Source: Planctomycetota bacterium (GTDB taxonomy: Bacteria; Planctomycetota; B15-G4; SIAN01). Taken from it: a stretch of DNA of 64,000 bases. How positions within the stretch are numbered: the stretch's first letter is position 1; every line of letters begins with the position of its first letter. The translations under genes and the position numbers were made by a program. The notes under the pieces were generated by a model. The model did not search any database, was not told the origin of the DNA, and saw nothing but the letters and a program-made list of their open reading frames with translations. The stretch lies in NCBI GenBank assembly GCA_031409275.1, contig JANNXA010000050.1, forward strand, positions 128,001 to 192,000, written 5' to 3'. This document shows, piece after piece, positions 27,515 to 38,059 of this stretch.

Positions 27515-28540
27515 TCACGCTCCGGCGCCAGCGCGGACCTCATTCGAGAGGTCGCGCGCCTCGACCGGGCGCCCGGGATCGGCCAGCGCGACCATTCGCT
27601 GCACCTCGTTCTGCAACTCGCGAACGTTCCCCGGCCATCGGTAGCGACGGAGGATCGCGAGCGCCTCGGGAGAGTAGATCGGTGGCGCCTCACGCCCCGA
27701 CTTTCGGGCGGCGTCGACGCTCAGTCGATCGAGCAGCAGCATCAGGTCGTCGCCACGCTCGCGCAGGGGCGGCAGCACGATCTTGATCGGACTCAGGCGG
27801 AAGAAGAGGTCCTCGCGGAAGAGCCCCTTCTTCACCAGGTCCGCGAGATCCTTGTTGCTCGCCGACAGGAATCGCACGTTGATCTTGATCGCAGCGGAGG
27901 CGCCGACCGGACGGATCTCGCCCTCCTGGAGCGCGCGCAGCAGCTTCTTCTGCAGCGCCTGGCTCATGTCGCCGACCTCGTCGAGGAAGAGCGTGCCCTT
28001 GTCCGCCATCTGGAAGCGCCCTTTGCGCGTCCGATCGGCACCGGTGAAGGCGCCCTTGTTGTGGCCGAACAACTCGCTCTCGAGGAGCGATTCAGGAAAT
28101 GCGGCGCAGTTCTCGGCGACGTACGGGCCGTTGCGGCGCGCCGAAAGCTCGTGGATCGAACGGGCGATCTGCTCCTTGCCGGTGCCGCTTTCGCCGTGGA
28201 TCACGACGGTGGCATCGGTCGGCGCCACTTTCAGGATGAGTCGGAAGACCGCCAGCATCTTCGGCGAGCGCGCGATGATCTTCGGGAACTGCGCGCAGAG
28301 CGCGTCGTCGCCCACCGCCGCCACCTGGGCCGGCGTCGCGGCGGGCACTGCGGGTGCGCCGATCACCGTCGCGTCGTCGGGAACCATCGCCACGCCGCCA
28401 AGCGCGAGCAGGTCGGCGAGGTCGTGCTGCAGCGCCGCCGGCCCCGCCGCACCGAGTTCGCCGCGGTAATCGGCGAGGACTCCCGCGAGGCCGAGCTTGA
28501 GCGCTCGACGAACCGGATCGGAGCGGCTCTCAGAAGTCAT
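27515..28540 (-). CDS. Sigma-54 interaction (bEBP AAA+) protein without C-terminal HTH
   Basis: [49 protein letters not shown]; stops about 30 aa later. Confidence 0.9.
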   Translation of the reverse strand: MTSESRSDPVRRALKLGLAGVLADYRGELGAAGPAALQHDLADLLALGGVAMVPDDATVIGAPAVPAATPAQVAAVGDDALCAQFPKIIARSPKMLAVFRLILKVAPTDATVVIHGESGTGKEQIARSIHELSARRNGPYVAENCAAFPESLLESELFGHNKGAFTGADRTRKGRFQMADKGTLFLDEVGDMSQALQKKLLRALQEGEIRPVGASAAIKINVRFLSASNKDLADLVKKGLFREDLFFRLSPIKIVLPPLRERGDDLMLLLDRLSVDAARKSGREAPPIYSPEALAILRRYRWPGNVRELQNEVQRMVALADPGRPVEARDLSNEVRAGAGA

Positions 28541-30740
28541 GCGAGCGCACCTTCTTCAACCGCGCATAGTTGAGATCGAGCAGCTTCTCCCCGCTGCGGA
28601 ACGCGACGCGCACGCGACTCGAGCGCCCACGCCCGATCACGTCGAGGATGCGGCCGATGCCGAACTTCTCGTGCTCGACCCTCTCCCCGGCCGCGAACCC
28701 TTCGCTTTCGGCGACGTCATCGTCGAGCACGACCTGTACGGCCCGCGGCGAAACATCGAAGGTCGGGTCGGCGCTCTCGCCGCCATCGAGCAGATGCGGC
28801 GGAATGTCGTGCAGGAAGCGCGAAGGGGTGGCGGGTTCCTGGCGGCCGAAGACGAAGCGTTGCCCCGCATTCGAGAGGTAGAGGCGCTCGCGAGCGCGCG
28901 TGATAGCGACGTAGAAGAGTCGACGCTCCTCTTCGAGCTCCAGCGGAGATTCGGCGCGCCGATGCGGCAGCCTCGTCTCCTCGAGCCCGGCGAGGAAGAC
29001 CGAGTGGAACTCGAGCCCCTTGGCTGCGTGGATCGTCATCAGCGACACCGCACCGGCCCCCTCTGCTCCCGCATCGTCGGCATCCTGCACCAGCGCGCGC
29101 TCCTCGAGGAAGCGTTCCAGCCCCGCCTCGGGGTTGGTCACGTCGAAGTCGTTGGCGTCGGCGACGAGCTCGCGGACGTTGTCGACCCGCTCGGCGCCAT
29201 CGACCAGACCGTACGCCTCTTCGAGGTACGACTCGTAGCCGATGGCCGCGGTCAGCTCCTGCAAGAGTGCTGCCACCGGACGATCGGGTGCCATTCGCAG
29301 CCAGCGCAGCATCAGAGCGAGCGCGACCGCACCCTTCGCGGCGACCCCCTTCAGGCGCGGCCGCCGGGACTCGTCCTCGAACAGCGTGAGGTAGTCGACG
29401 CCCGCCGCTCGCGCCGCCTGCAGCAGCTGCCCCTGGGCAACCTCTCCGATGCCACGGGACGGCGTGTTCACGACGCGCAGGAAGGCCTCTGGATCACGCG
29501 GATTCGCCTTCAGCCGAAGCCACGCGAGGAGGTCCTTCACCTCCTTGCGCGCGTAGAACTCGAGCGCACCGACCACGCGATACGCGATCCCGCGCGCGCG
29601 TAGCGCCGCCTCGAACGGCCGCGACAGGGCGTTCGTGCGGTAGAGCACGGCGATCTCGCGACTCGGCACTCCGCGGTCGGCGATCAGCCCGAAGATCTCG
29701 CGCGTGACCAGTTCGGCCTCGTCGTTGTCGGTCCAACCGAACAGCACACGCGGTCGCTCGCCGTGATCGAGGACCGGGACGAGCCCGCGCTCGACGCGAT
29801 GGACGTTCTTCTCGATGACCGCCGACGCGACCGCGAGGATCGCCCCCTTCGAACGGTAGTTCTGCTCGAGGCGCACCAGCTGCGCGGTCGGATAGCGACG
29901 GGTGAACTCGAGGATGTTCGAGAGGTCGGCGCCACGCCACGCGTAGATGCTCTGGTCCGGGTCGCCGCACGCGGCGAGGTTTCCGTGGCCCGACGCCAGC
30001 AGGTCCGCCAGTTCGCTCTGCACCTTGTTGGTGTCTTGATACTCGTCGACGAGGACGTGCTCGAAACGGCTGCGCCACGGCGCTCCCGCGACCGGGTCGG
30101 CGACCAGGCGCCGCGCTTCGATCAGCAGATCGTCGAAGTCGAGCAGTCGCCCCTCGCGCAAGGTCGTCGCCAGCTCAGGCCAGAGCTCCGCGGCGACCGC
30201 GCCGAGCGCCGGCGCTCCCGGCCGCCACGACGGCTCGTGCGCCTGCTCGTGCGCCTGCTCGCGCGCCAGCTCGGGTGCGAGACCGTGGTTCTTCCACAGC
30301 GAGATCTGCTCCACGATCCCTTCGGGGCGGACCTCCTTGGGATCGAGGCCGCGCGCCTTCAGCAGCCGGCGCACGATGGCGACGAGGTCATCGCGATCGC
30401 AGATCGTGAAGTCGCGCGGCAGGCCGATCGCGTCGCCGCCGAGACGCAGCAGCTTGGCCGAAGCGGCGTGGAAGGTGCTGACCCACGTGCGCGAGCCAGG
30501 CAGCAGCTGCTCGACGCGCGCCGCCATCTCGCGCGCCGCCTTGTTGGTGAAAGTGATCGCCAGCAGCCGATGCGGCGCCACACCGCGCGCGACGAGCGCG
30601 GCGATGCGCCGCGTGATCACTCGAGTCTTGCCCGAACCGGCGCCGGCGACGATCAGCAGCGGACCGTGCTGGTGCGAAACCGCTGCGCGCTGCGCATCGT
30701 TCAGGCCTTCGAGCAGGGTTTGCGGAAGGGGACGATCCAC
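28530..30740 (-). CDS. pcrA: UvrD/PcrA superfamily 1 DNA helicase
   Basis: [67 protein letters not shown], Tudor-like C-terminus; GTG 30740 chosen. Confidence 0.95.
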   Translation of the reverse strand: MDRPLPQTLLEGLNDAQRAAVSHQHGPLLIVAGAGSGKTRVITRRIAALVARGVAPHRLLAITFTNKAAREMAARVEQLLPGSRTWVSTFHAASAKLLRLGGDAIGLPRDFTICDRDDLVAIVRRLLKARGLDPKEVRPEGIVEQISLWKNHGLAPELAREQAHEQAHEPSWRPGAPALGAVAAELWPELATTLREGRLLDFDDLLIEARRLVADPVAGAPWRSRFEHVLVDEYQDTNKVQSELADLLASGHGNLAACGDPDQSIYAWRGADLSNILEFTRRYPTAQLVRLEQNYRSKGAILAVASAVIEKNVHRVERGLVPVLDHGERPRVLFGWTDNDEAELVTREIFGLIADRGVPSREIAVLYRTNALSRPFEAALRARGIAYRVVGALEFYARKEVKDLLAWLRLKANPRDPEAFLRVVNTPSRGIGEVAQGQLLQAARAAGVDYLTLFEDESRRPRLKGVAAKGAVALALMLRWLRMAPDRPVAALLQELTAAIGYESYLEEAYGLVDGAERVDNVRELVADANDFDVTNPEAGLERFLEERALVQDADDAGAEGAGAVSLMTIHAAKGLEFHSVFLAGLEETRLPHRRAESPLELEEERRLFYVAITRARERLYLSNAGQRFVFGRQEPATPSRFLHDIPPHLLDGGESADPTFDVSPRAVQVVLDDDVAESEGFAAGERVEHEKFGIGRILDVIGRGRSSRVRVAFRSGEKLLDLNYARLKKVRSHDF

Positions 30741-30815
30741 GCGCGAAACGCTCCAGATTGAGGAACCGCGCAGGCTAGCGAAGCGCGCGGTTAACGTGGC
30801 GAGCCGGAGGCCCCG

Positions 30816-31193
30816 GTGATCGTCGGAATCGGAATCGACGCCGTCGAAATCGACCGCATCGAGGAGCTGCTCGCTCGCCATGGCGAGCGTGCCTCGACTC
30901 GTCTCTTCACCTCACGAGAGGTGGAACTCGCCGCCACCGGGGCACGCCGCCGCGAGACCTTGGCCGCGCGGTTCGCCGCCAAGGAGGCGGCGATGAAGGC
31001 CCTCGGCGCCGGGCTCGGTCAGGGCGTCGCGTTCGCTGAGATCGAGGTCGATCGCATCGCGTCCGGAGCGCCGCGGCTTCTGCTGCACGGCGGCGCCGCG
31101 CAACGCGCCGCAGCGATCGGCGCCACGCGTTGGCACGTCTCGCTCACGCACACCGCGACGACGGCGAGCGCGATCGTCGTGCTCGAGAGCTGA
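30816..31193 (+). CDS. acpS: Holo-[acyl-carrier-protein] synthase
   Basis: IVGIGID, LAARFAAKEAAMKALG, HVSLTH; GGAGG RBS. Confidence 0.95.
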   Translation: MIVGIGIDAVEIDRIEELLARHGERASTRLFTSREVELAATGARRRETLAARFAAKEAAMKALGAGLGQGVAFAEIEVDRIASGAPRLLLHGGAAQRAAAIGATRWHVSLTHTATTASAIVVLES

Positions 31194-31204
31194 AGCGAGA
31201 CGCT

Positions 31205-31255
31205 TCGAAAACGGAGCCGGCGGCCCCCTCGCAGGAGCCGCCGGTGAATTTTCGA
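31205..31255. terminator. Hairpin between convergent genes (possible bidirectional terminator)
   Basis: ccggcggc/gccgccgg stem (31217-31244) flanked by tcgaaaa/ttttcga. Confidence 0.45.
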
Positions 31256-31281
31256 TCCGGCGCGATCGCGGCGTAACTCGG

Positions 31282-32070
31282 TCAGCGGATGCGGATCTCG
31301 ACATCGAACAAGGCGCGCGTGTCATCGGAGTGGAAGGCGGCCCATGCCTCGTCGATCCCGCGCGGCGTGACAGTCGAGAGCATCACTGCAATGTCGACGC
31401 CAGTACCCGCGTGCGTCGCCAACAACTCTTCCCGCAGTGCCAGGAGATCGACCGCACCATCCACGAGCGTGTCGGTCACCGTGGCGTCGATCTGCGTGAA
31501 CGACGGACCAACGGCACCGGCGTGAGTCGCGCGCTGGCCGATGATCACGGTCAGCAGCGCCGGCTTGCGCTCGCGACCCACCAGTTCGAGCCGCTCCTTC
31601 GCGTCGAGCACTTCGAGTTCGAATCGGCCGTTCAGGTTGAGGTAGGCCTCGCCGCCGAGCGCTCCTGCGCTCGGAACGAATTCGCCGTAGCTCAGCTTGC
31701 GATTGCCCTTCGTGAGCAGATCGAGCGTCGTGACTGCGATTGGATCGGGCTCGGAACCGATGGTCCCGAGGAAGAGATCGGCTCGCTCGTGGCCATGGAC
31801 GACCAAGCCGGTCTGCTGCGCCATCCCGTTGGCGTCGAGCGTGACCTTCTTGCCGTGGACCGCGATCCAGCCGAGTGGCGCGTGAGCCGGAACGGCCGCG
31901 CCGCTGGCTCCATCTGCGCCCGAACTCGAGGCGTTTCCGCCGCGGAACGACGGAAGGATGTCGACGCCCTCGTCCCCGCCGCCGGCGAACAGCAGCGGAG
32001 GAACAGCGAGAGCCGCAGCGCCGATCAGCGCCGCACCGAACCATCCACCGAGAAGATTCCGGCACCCCAT
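31282..32070 (-). CDS. Hypothetical secreted protein
   Basis: N-terminal hydrophobic signal, Gly/Ser linker, beta-rich remainder; third gene of the ECF unit. Confidence 0.65.
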   Translation of the reverse strand: MGCRNLLGGWFGAALIGAAALAVPPLLFAGGGDEGVDILPSFRGGNASSSGADGASGAAVPAHAPLGWIAVHGKKVTLDANGMAQQTGLVVHGHERADLFLGTIGSEPDPIAVTTLDLLTKGNRKLSYGEFVPSAGALGGEAYLNLNGRFELEVLDAKERLELVGRERKPALLTVIIGQRATHAGAVGPSFTQIDATVTDTLVDGAVDLLALREELLATHAGTGVDIAVMLSTVTPRGIDEAWAAFHSDDTRALFDVEIRIR

Positions 32071-32094
32071 GGTCTCTACCTCGCGTGCCTTGAA

Positions 32095-33138
32095 CTAGCT
32101 GGCGAAGAGCAACGGGTAACGACCTCGCAAACGTGTCAGGAAGCTGCGATGGCGCAGCAAGACCTGGCGGAAATCGCGCGCCCGCCGGAAGGCGGGAGCG
32201 GTCATCGTCTCGAGGTGTTGGGGGAACTGCGTCGCAAGTCGATCGATCGCTTGCTCGGCGTCGTCGAGGCGCCCGAGCTTGACGCTGTAGATCGAGATGT
32301 TGGTCAGCGCTGCCGCCTGATACACGTCGTTGCGATCGAGCTCCGCGCGCGCGAGCACTTCACGCTCGAGTTCGACGGCGCGGTCGAATTGCTGCGCCGC
32401 CGAGTAGACACGCGAGAGCTGCTGCAGCGCGAAGAACTGGTGAGCGGCGTCGGCCTTGGAATGGAGCACACCGCGCAGCAGCTGTCGGGCCCGGTCGTAG
32501 CGACCGGTCATGCTGAAGTACTTGGCGAGATAGATCCGCGCAGCGTGGTGATCATGCTGCAGGCGCAGGCACTGCTCGAGGCAGGCGCGGCCGGCCTCGA
32601 ACGCCGCGTCGGCTTCCACGTCGTCGTCCGACGCGAACAGCCCCTTCTTGGTGCCAAGGGTGTCGCGCGCGCGCGCGCCGGGCTGCTTCGCGAGGCCATG
32701 GTGCTCGCGAAAGAGCGCTTGCCCCTTGTGCGCGAGCTTGCTGATCGAACCGGGCTTCTTGGCGAAAAGGCGAACGCCGCGGAGCCCGGGGCTCGCTGTC
32801 AGCCCCTTCGCAACGAGCGCCTTGCCGAGTTCGTAAAGCACCGTCGCGAGCTTGCCGCAGTTGTCGTCGAGCAGGCGACGCGTGAGGTCGCCCCAGAGTT
32901 CCGTACCGCTCGGCAGCTCGCCTTCGCGTTGCGCCGCACCGAAGAGGTGCATCCGCGACATGCCCGCAAGCGCCTCGACGTAGGCGCGGCAGCCGTCGCA
33001 GCCCGAAAGATGGAGCGCGATCTCGTCGCTGTTGAGGGCGGTCTTCTCGCCGTCCACGAACGCGGAGAGGTCTGCCTCGAAGCGCGCGCAGGCCGACTGC
33101 GCATGGCGAGCGCGATCGTGCAGCGTCGTTTCGCTCAT
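32095..33138 (-). CDS. Zinc-finger (ZAS/zf-HC2) anti-sigma factor with TPR-like region
   Basis: C..FEADLSAFVDGE...HLSGCDGC; helical TPR-like C-terminus; no TM seen; ATGA overlap with sigma stop. Confidence 0.8.
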   Translation of the reverse strand: MSETTLHDRARHAQSACARFEADLSAFVDGEKTALNSDEIALHLSGCDGCRAYVEALAGMSRMHLFGAAQREGELPSGTELWGDLTRRLLDDNCGKLATVLYELGKALVAKGLTASPGLRGVRLFAKKPGSISKLAHKGQALFREHHGLAKQPGARARDTLGTKKGLFASDDDVEADAAFEAGRACLEQCLRLQHDHHAARIYLAKYFSMTGRYDRARQLLRGVLHSKADAAHQFFALQQLSRVYSAAQQFDRAVELEREVLARAELDRNDVYQAAALTNISIYSVKLGRLDDAEQAIDRLATQFPQHLETMTAPAFRRARDFRQVLLRHRSFLTRLRGRYPLLFAS

Positions 33139-33926
33139 GGCCGCGCCTCCAGGGTGTCCGACATGGCGCGCAACAGCTTCTTCCGCGCCCGGCAGACGAT
33201 CATCTTGAGGTTCTCTAGCCGAACCCCCATCCGCTCTGCCGCACGACGGTACTTGAGGCCCTTCACTTCGATCAGTTGCAGGGCTTTCTTTTCGCGATCT
33301 TTCAGTTCCGACTCGAAAACCGCGCGATAGGCCACCAGGCACAACGCGTACATCTGCGCCGCGCGCGACGATTCCTCGATGTCGGAGAGGACGGCATCGG
33401 GCGGCGCCATGCGCTCGTCCTCGACCACTTCCGCGAGCGGATCGAGGTCGACTTCGGCGCGCGGAACGTTGCGAAGGTGCTTCAACAGCGTGTTGCGCAC
33501 GATCGAGAACGACCAGTTGCGGAACGAGCAGTCCTTCTCGTTACGGAAGCGATACGGATAGCGATAGATCGAAAGGAAGACGTCTTGCAGGACGTCCTTC
33601 GCATCGATCCCAGGATGCGCGAATCGCAATCGCTTCAGGATGACGAGCAGGATCTGCCGGTGGCAGAGCTCGTACAGCAGCGAGAAGCAATCGAGATTTT
33701 GCGTTCGGGTGAATGCCTCCATCAGGAGGCTCGCCAACGCTTCCGGGGAGTGCTGGCCTTGTTCGCGAAGCACCGCGCTGCGATCGCGGAACTCCTCGCG
33801 CATGCCGACTGGTAACGCCGCGAACGCCGCCGGAAGGCGGTTGATCACGACAGTCGGAATCGCGCCGGGAACGTCCGGCACGATCGCCACTGGCTCCTCG
33901 GATCGACTGGTTGTCGATCGACGCAT
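33135..33926 (-). CDS. ECF RNA polymerase sigma factor
   Basis: Region 2 DAKDVLQDVFLSIY...FRNWSFSIVRN; region 4 REKKALQLIEVKGLKY..AAERMG...RARKKL; start uncertain. Confidence 0.85.
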   Translation of the reverse strand: MRRSTTSRSEEPVAIVPDVPGAIPTVVINRLPAAFAALPVGMREEFRDRSAVLREQGQHSPEALASLLMEAFTRTQNLDCFSLLYELCHRQILLVILKRLRFAHPGIDAKDVLQDVFLSIYRYPYRFRNEKDCSFRNWSFSIVRNTLLKHLRNVPRAEVDLDPLAEVVEDERMAPPDAVLSDIEESSRAAQMYALCLVAYRAVFESELKDREKKALQLIEVKGLKYRRAAERMGVRLENLKMIVCRARKKLLRAMSDTLEARP

Positions 33927-34214
33927 CGCCACTTCCGATCCTGGAAAGGCTTCGGGGTCGGCCGCCTCCCGCTCGCCCGCGCGGAAGGGCCCATCGGCTC
34001 GACACCTCGCATTCGCTCGGACCGATCGCGAGAGCGTTGCTACCGGTCGTCGGCGGAAGCGCTACTCGAGCTCCCGAAGCCGGTCGGCGGCGCGCGCACG
34101 CGCGATTCCCGCAAAGCCGAGGAGCGCTTTGAGCCACTCCGCGATTCGCGGGACGCGCACTGAGATAACGCCGAAATCTTTGCGCGGCTAGTGGCGAAAT
34201 CCTGACGAGCGGTT

Positions 34215-35345
34215 TCAGGACTTCCCCGGCCGGTCGTCGAATCGCCGTTCGTTCGACGAGCGTTCGTCATTTGTCGCCGCTTTGCCGAACGGGTCGACGT
34301 GACCGATCCAGGCTGGGGGCAACTTGGCTCGCTCCCCGGGATCACGGAGCGCCTCGCCGGGGATGAACAGTGGAAGACCGGAGTTGTCATCCTCGACGAT
34401 GACGGGCAGCGGATCGCCCGGCCGCGGTGGCGGCGCCCCCCACGGATAGCTGCGCAACTCGTCCAAAAAACTTTGGCGCTGCATCGGCAGCAGTCGTTCG
34501 AAGCGAGTGAGTGCGGGCGGCTCGCTCACCGCGAAGAGGCGAACCCAACTCGACGCGTCGCTGAGCAGCGGCTCCGTTGCCGACTCGTCTTCTCCCTCCA
34601 CCAACCGCACGCGCGAGAGCGCCTCCTCGAGCGCGCGCCCGACGAATGGCAGCTTGCTCCACTCGAACGCAGCGCCGAGGCGGCGCGCGATGCATTCGCA
34701 GAGTTCGTCGAGGCTGAGCGGCGGAGTGCGCCCGATGTCGACCGTCTGACCGACGACGCGATGATCATCGAGCGCGCTCGCCATCGCGATGGCCGCGTCG
34801 CCGGCAGCGATCGGCTGCACGCGGCCGCCGCGCAGCAACGGCAGTCGCAATGCGCCGCCGCTGCGAGCCAGTTTCGCGAGCGCCACCAGCGCAGGAGCCG
34901 CGGGCGCCGTGACGAGACTCGCGCGCCAGATGACGAACGGCACGCCGCTGTCGCGCAGCAGCGCCTCCGCTTCGCCCTTTGCACGCAGCCACGCGTGACC
35001 TGAATCGACGGCAGCGCCGCACGCCGACAGGAAGACGAAGCGCTCGACGCCGCGCGCGCGCGCGACTTCGAGCAACGAGCGCATGGCGGCAAGCTCGGCG
35101 TCGGGACGGGTCGGCTTCTGGCCCGGAGCGACGCCTGCGAGGTGAAGGATCGAACGCACTTGCGGCAGCGCAGCGAGGAGCGCTGGCGTATCGGCGACAT
35201 CCTGCGTCAACACCGTTCGCGGACCGGAGTCCCATCCGGCGGCGCGCGGCCGCAACGACAGCTCGGTCCACGGTCGCCGTCCCGACGGCAGCAATTCGGT
35301 CAGCGCGCGCCCGACCACTCCGGTCGCGCCAGCGACGAGGATCAC
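34215..35345 (-). CDS. NAD(P)-binding epimerase/NDUFA9-like atypical SDR
   Basis: VILVAGATGVVG, HLAG, GVERFVFLSA, AKGEAEALLRDSG, VQPI; GTGA overlap. Confidence 0.8.
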   Translation of the reverse strand: MILVAGATGVVGRALTELLPSGRRPWTELSLRPRAAGWDSGPRTVLTQDVADTPALLAALPQVRSILHLAGVAPGQKPTRPDAELAAMRSLLEVARARGVERFVFLSACGAAVDSGHAWLRAKGEAEALLRDSGVPFVIWRASLVTAPAAPALVALAKLARSGGALRLPLLRGGRVQPIAAGDAAIAMASALDDHRVVGQTVDIGRTPPLSLDELCECIARRLGAAFEWSKLPFVGRALEEALSRVRLVEGEDESATEPLLSDASSWVRLFAVSEPPALTRFERLLPMQRQSFLDELRSYPWGAPPPRPGDPLPVIVEDDNSGLPLFIPGEALRDPGERAKLPPAWIGHVDPFGKAATNDERSSNERRFDDRPGKS

Positions 35346-36292
35346 GAGGCAACCACCCGCGCCGTCACCGGCGACGCGAAGATGCCGCGTGCGCGTAGAT
35401 GGTCGCGGAACTCGTCGAATCCATGCATCGTGTAGACCTCGCGTGGCCGCGCGACCTCGACGTATCGCATCAGCTCGTCGAAGTCCGCGTGGTCGGAGAG
35501 AGGGTAACTGCGATCGGCGCGGTAGGGCGGCGCGCCATCGCGCGCCCAACCGGTTGCCGCGATCAGCACGGGCCGGTGCGCCTGCAGCACGAGCTGCGAT
35601 GTCGAAGCGTGCGGCGGCACCAGCACCACCTTGCCGCGTGTCTGGCCCGGTCGCGCGAGTTCGTACGGACCGAAGCGCACCCCTTGCTCCTCGTAGACCT
35701 TCACCATCGCGTGCAGCGCCGGCGCTAGCGCCAACGTGAAGTCGTACGGCTCGAGCAGCTTCATCAGCTCCTGCCCGCGGCCAACGGCGTACGCCAGCAG
35801 CATCGGCGTGCCGCCCTCCGCCAGCACGGCGCGCAGGTCGGCGACGATCTTCGGCACCACCTCGGATCGCGGCGGAAAGCGGTAGTGCGGCCGCCCGAAC
35901 GTGCACTCCATCACCAAGACGTCGCACGGCACGATCACGGCCGACTCGCAGGTCTCCGACTTCTCCAGCCGGAAGTCGCCGGTGTAGACCAGCCGTTCGC
36001 TGCCGCGCACGATCTCGGCCTGCGCCGCGCCGAGGATGTGGCCGGCCGGATGGAGGCGCAATCGACAGTTTCCGCGCAGGTCATGCCACTCGCCGAACGC
36101 CAGTTCGGTGATGTTGAGCGGCCCCAACCGTGCGCGCGTCAGCGCTGCCGTCGCCTTGGTCGCGAAGATCTGCTGGTGGCGCCCGATGTGGTCGCCGTGC
36201 GCATGCGAGACGAACGCGCGCCCCTTGCGATGGCCAGGATCGAGCCAGAGATCGGCAGCCGGGACGTAGAGATCCTCGCGCCAGACGAACAT
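35342..36292 (-). CDS. MBL-fold beta-CASP nuclease (ligase-associated exonuclease-like)
   Basis: SHAHGDH, AGHILGAA, YTGDF, MECTFG, LSDHAD, MHG. Confidence 0.88.
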   Translation of the reverse strand: MFVWREDLYVPAADLWLDPGHRKGRAFVSHAHGDHIGRHQQIFATKATAALTRARLGPLNITELAFGEWHDLRGNCRLRLHPAGHILGAAQAEIVRGSERLVYTGDFRLEKSETCESAVIVPCDVLVMECTFGRPHYRFPPRSEVVPKIVADLRAVLAEGGTPMLLAYAVGRGQELMKLLEPYDFTLALAPALHAMVKVYEEQGVRFGPYELARPGQTRGKVVLVPPHASTSQLVLQAHRPVLIAATGWARDGAPPYRADRSYPLSDHADFDELMRYVEVARPREVYTMHGFDEFRDHLRARGIFASPVTARVVAS

Positions 36293-38001
36293 CAGCGCTC
36301 CGAGTTCCACCACGTCAACTGCAGCCCGCCGCTCGCGCGCTGCATCGCGACCCAACGCGCCTCACCAGCGGCCGCGCCGGCGAAGCGCATCAGCGCACAC
36401 GCCTTTTCCGGCACGTCGGCCGGCAACGCGTGCCAGTTCTCGGCCGGCGCCTCCAGCCGCTTCCACTCGCTGCGCACGACCGCGCTCGCCTTCGCGCCGA
36501 CGGCCTCGACGCACCCGCCCCCTCCGCGCTGAACGGAGTAGAAGGCCAGCGCGCCCATGCGCAGGTACTGCATCGTCGCTTCGGAGAAAAGGCCGTCGAG
36601 CGTCGCGGCGAGCAGCGCTTCCGAGGAACGGTCGTCGCGCAGCTCCCCCCAGACGCGAGCGACCATCGCGCCACTCTCTTCGCCGCTCGGCGGCGACGGC
36701 GCTTCGCCCGCTGGCTCGCGCGCCGGACCAAGCCCCATGCGTTCGAGCAGGCTCTTCTCTTCCACCGCGTCGGCGGGCGGCGGCCCCACCGCAACCCAGA
36801 AGCGCCCGCCGAAGGAGTCGAGGAACGGGGCGTCGTCGCTCTCCACGGTCGGCAGCGCGGCGGCGCGCGCCGCCTCGCGCTGCGCGCGCCGCATGCGACG
36901 GCGGGCGCGCGCGTCGAAATCGCGCTCCCATCGATCCGGCAGCTCTCCGACCACCTCGGGTTCGACCGAGGCCGCCAGCAGGATCGGCACGTCCGAAGGC
37001 GCTCCCGCGAGCAGCTCCGCGACCGGCCGCTCGCGCCACAGCCCGCTGACCGAATCGAGCAACCTTCCCGCTTCCGAGCGCAGGAAGAGGTCGAAGCGCG
37101 GCCCGCGCTGCAACAGGAAGAGGTGCTCGACGGAGACCGCCGCGTCGAGCACGACCTGCGTCGCGTTCCACGCCGCCATCTGCAGATCGGAGTAGACGTC
37201 CCAGCGCTGCTCCCCTTCGCGCTGGATCAAATCCTGCGCGAACGATTGGTTCAGCACCATCGACGAGACCATGTTTCCGACCCACTGCTGCAGGTCCTGC
37301 TTCGCCTCGCTCACCGCGGCGCCGAGCTCGAAGCGCAGGCACGCTTCCGGACCGGTCTCCGCGTCGAGCAGGCCGGTCGTCGCGAGCGTGGCCGCCACGT
37401 GCGCCGCACCGTCGCGCGCCGGAAGCAACAGCGAGAGTCCATCGCGCTCGACGAGGTGGTAGCGCACCGTCGGCGCCGCGACGTCGGCCTTGTCGTCGTC
37501 GCGACGCATGCTTCCCATCGTGTCGAAGACGAGCGTCGCAAAATCTTCGATGCGACCACGTCCGGGCAGCGCGATGCTTTCGCCGTCCATTGCGAGGCCG
37601 GCGGCGCGCGCGATCGACCGGAACTTCTCGCCACCGCCGCGCCACGCAAAGCCAAGGAAGGCGCCGTGCACGCTCGGATCGAGGAACAGCAGCGCCAGCG
37701 ACTGATCCGGAGCGATGAGATCGGCGTGGCGGGCGGCCTCCAGCACGAACAACGCCGGCCCCGCGAGCGTCTCGCGCAGCGCCTTCGGCAGCTCGACGGT
37801 TCGGTCGAGCCACGCGCTGACCGCCGGATCGGCCGGGCGCACGCGCAGGAAGCCGAGCACGTCGAGGTAAGGCAGAGTCTGGGCCAACCGACCGCCGAAG
37901 GGCGCTACCGCCGGCGTAGGAGGTCGGGCGCAACCGCAAAGCAGCGTCGTCGCCGCCAGCGTCCAAACTGCAACGGCCTCGCGCAAGCCGCGCAAGCGCA
38001 A
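36292..38001 (-). CDS. Hypothetical lipoprotein
   Basis: Lipobox-like TLLCG-C after hydrophobic stretch; stop overlaps next ATG (TGATG); start uncertain (track 38079). Confidence 0.6.
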   Translation of the reverse strand: MRLRGLREAVAVWTLAATTLLCGCARPPTPAVAPFGGRLAQTLPYLDVLGFLRVRPADPAVSAWLDRTVELPKALRETLAGPALFVLEAARHADLIAPDQSLALLFLDPSVHGAFLGFAWRGGGEKFRSIARAAGLAMDGESIALPGRGRIEDFATLVFDTMGSMRRDDDKADVAAPTVRYHLVERDGLSLLLPARDGAAHVAATLATTGLLDAETGPEACLRFELGAAVSEAKQDLQQWVGNMVSSMVLNQSFAQDLIQREGEQRWDVYSDLQMAAWNATQVVLDAAVSVEHLFLLQRGPRFDLFLRSEAGRLLDSVSGLWRERPVAELLAGAPSDVPILLAASVEPEVVGELPDRWERDFDARARRRMRRAQREAARAAALPTVESDDAPFLDSFGGRFWVAVGPPPADAVEEKSLLERMGLGPAREPAGEAPSPPSGEESGAMVARVWGELRDDRSSEALLAATLDGLFSEATMQYLRMGALAFYSVQRGGGGCVEAVGAKASAVVRSEWKRLEAPAENWHALPADVPEKACALMRFAGAAAGEARWVAMQRASGGLQLTWWNSER

Positions 38002-38059
38002 CGCCCTATGCTCGCGTCCCGTTTCCACTCCAGCACCCTCGTCGAGAGATCGCCGCACC

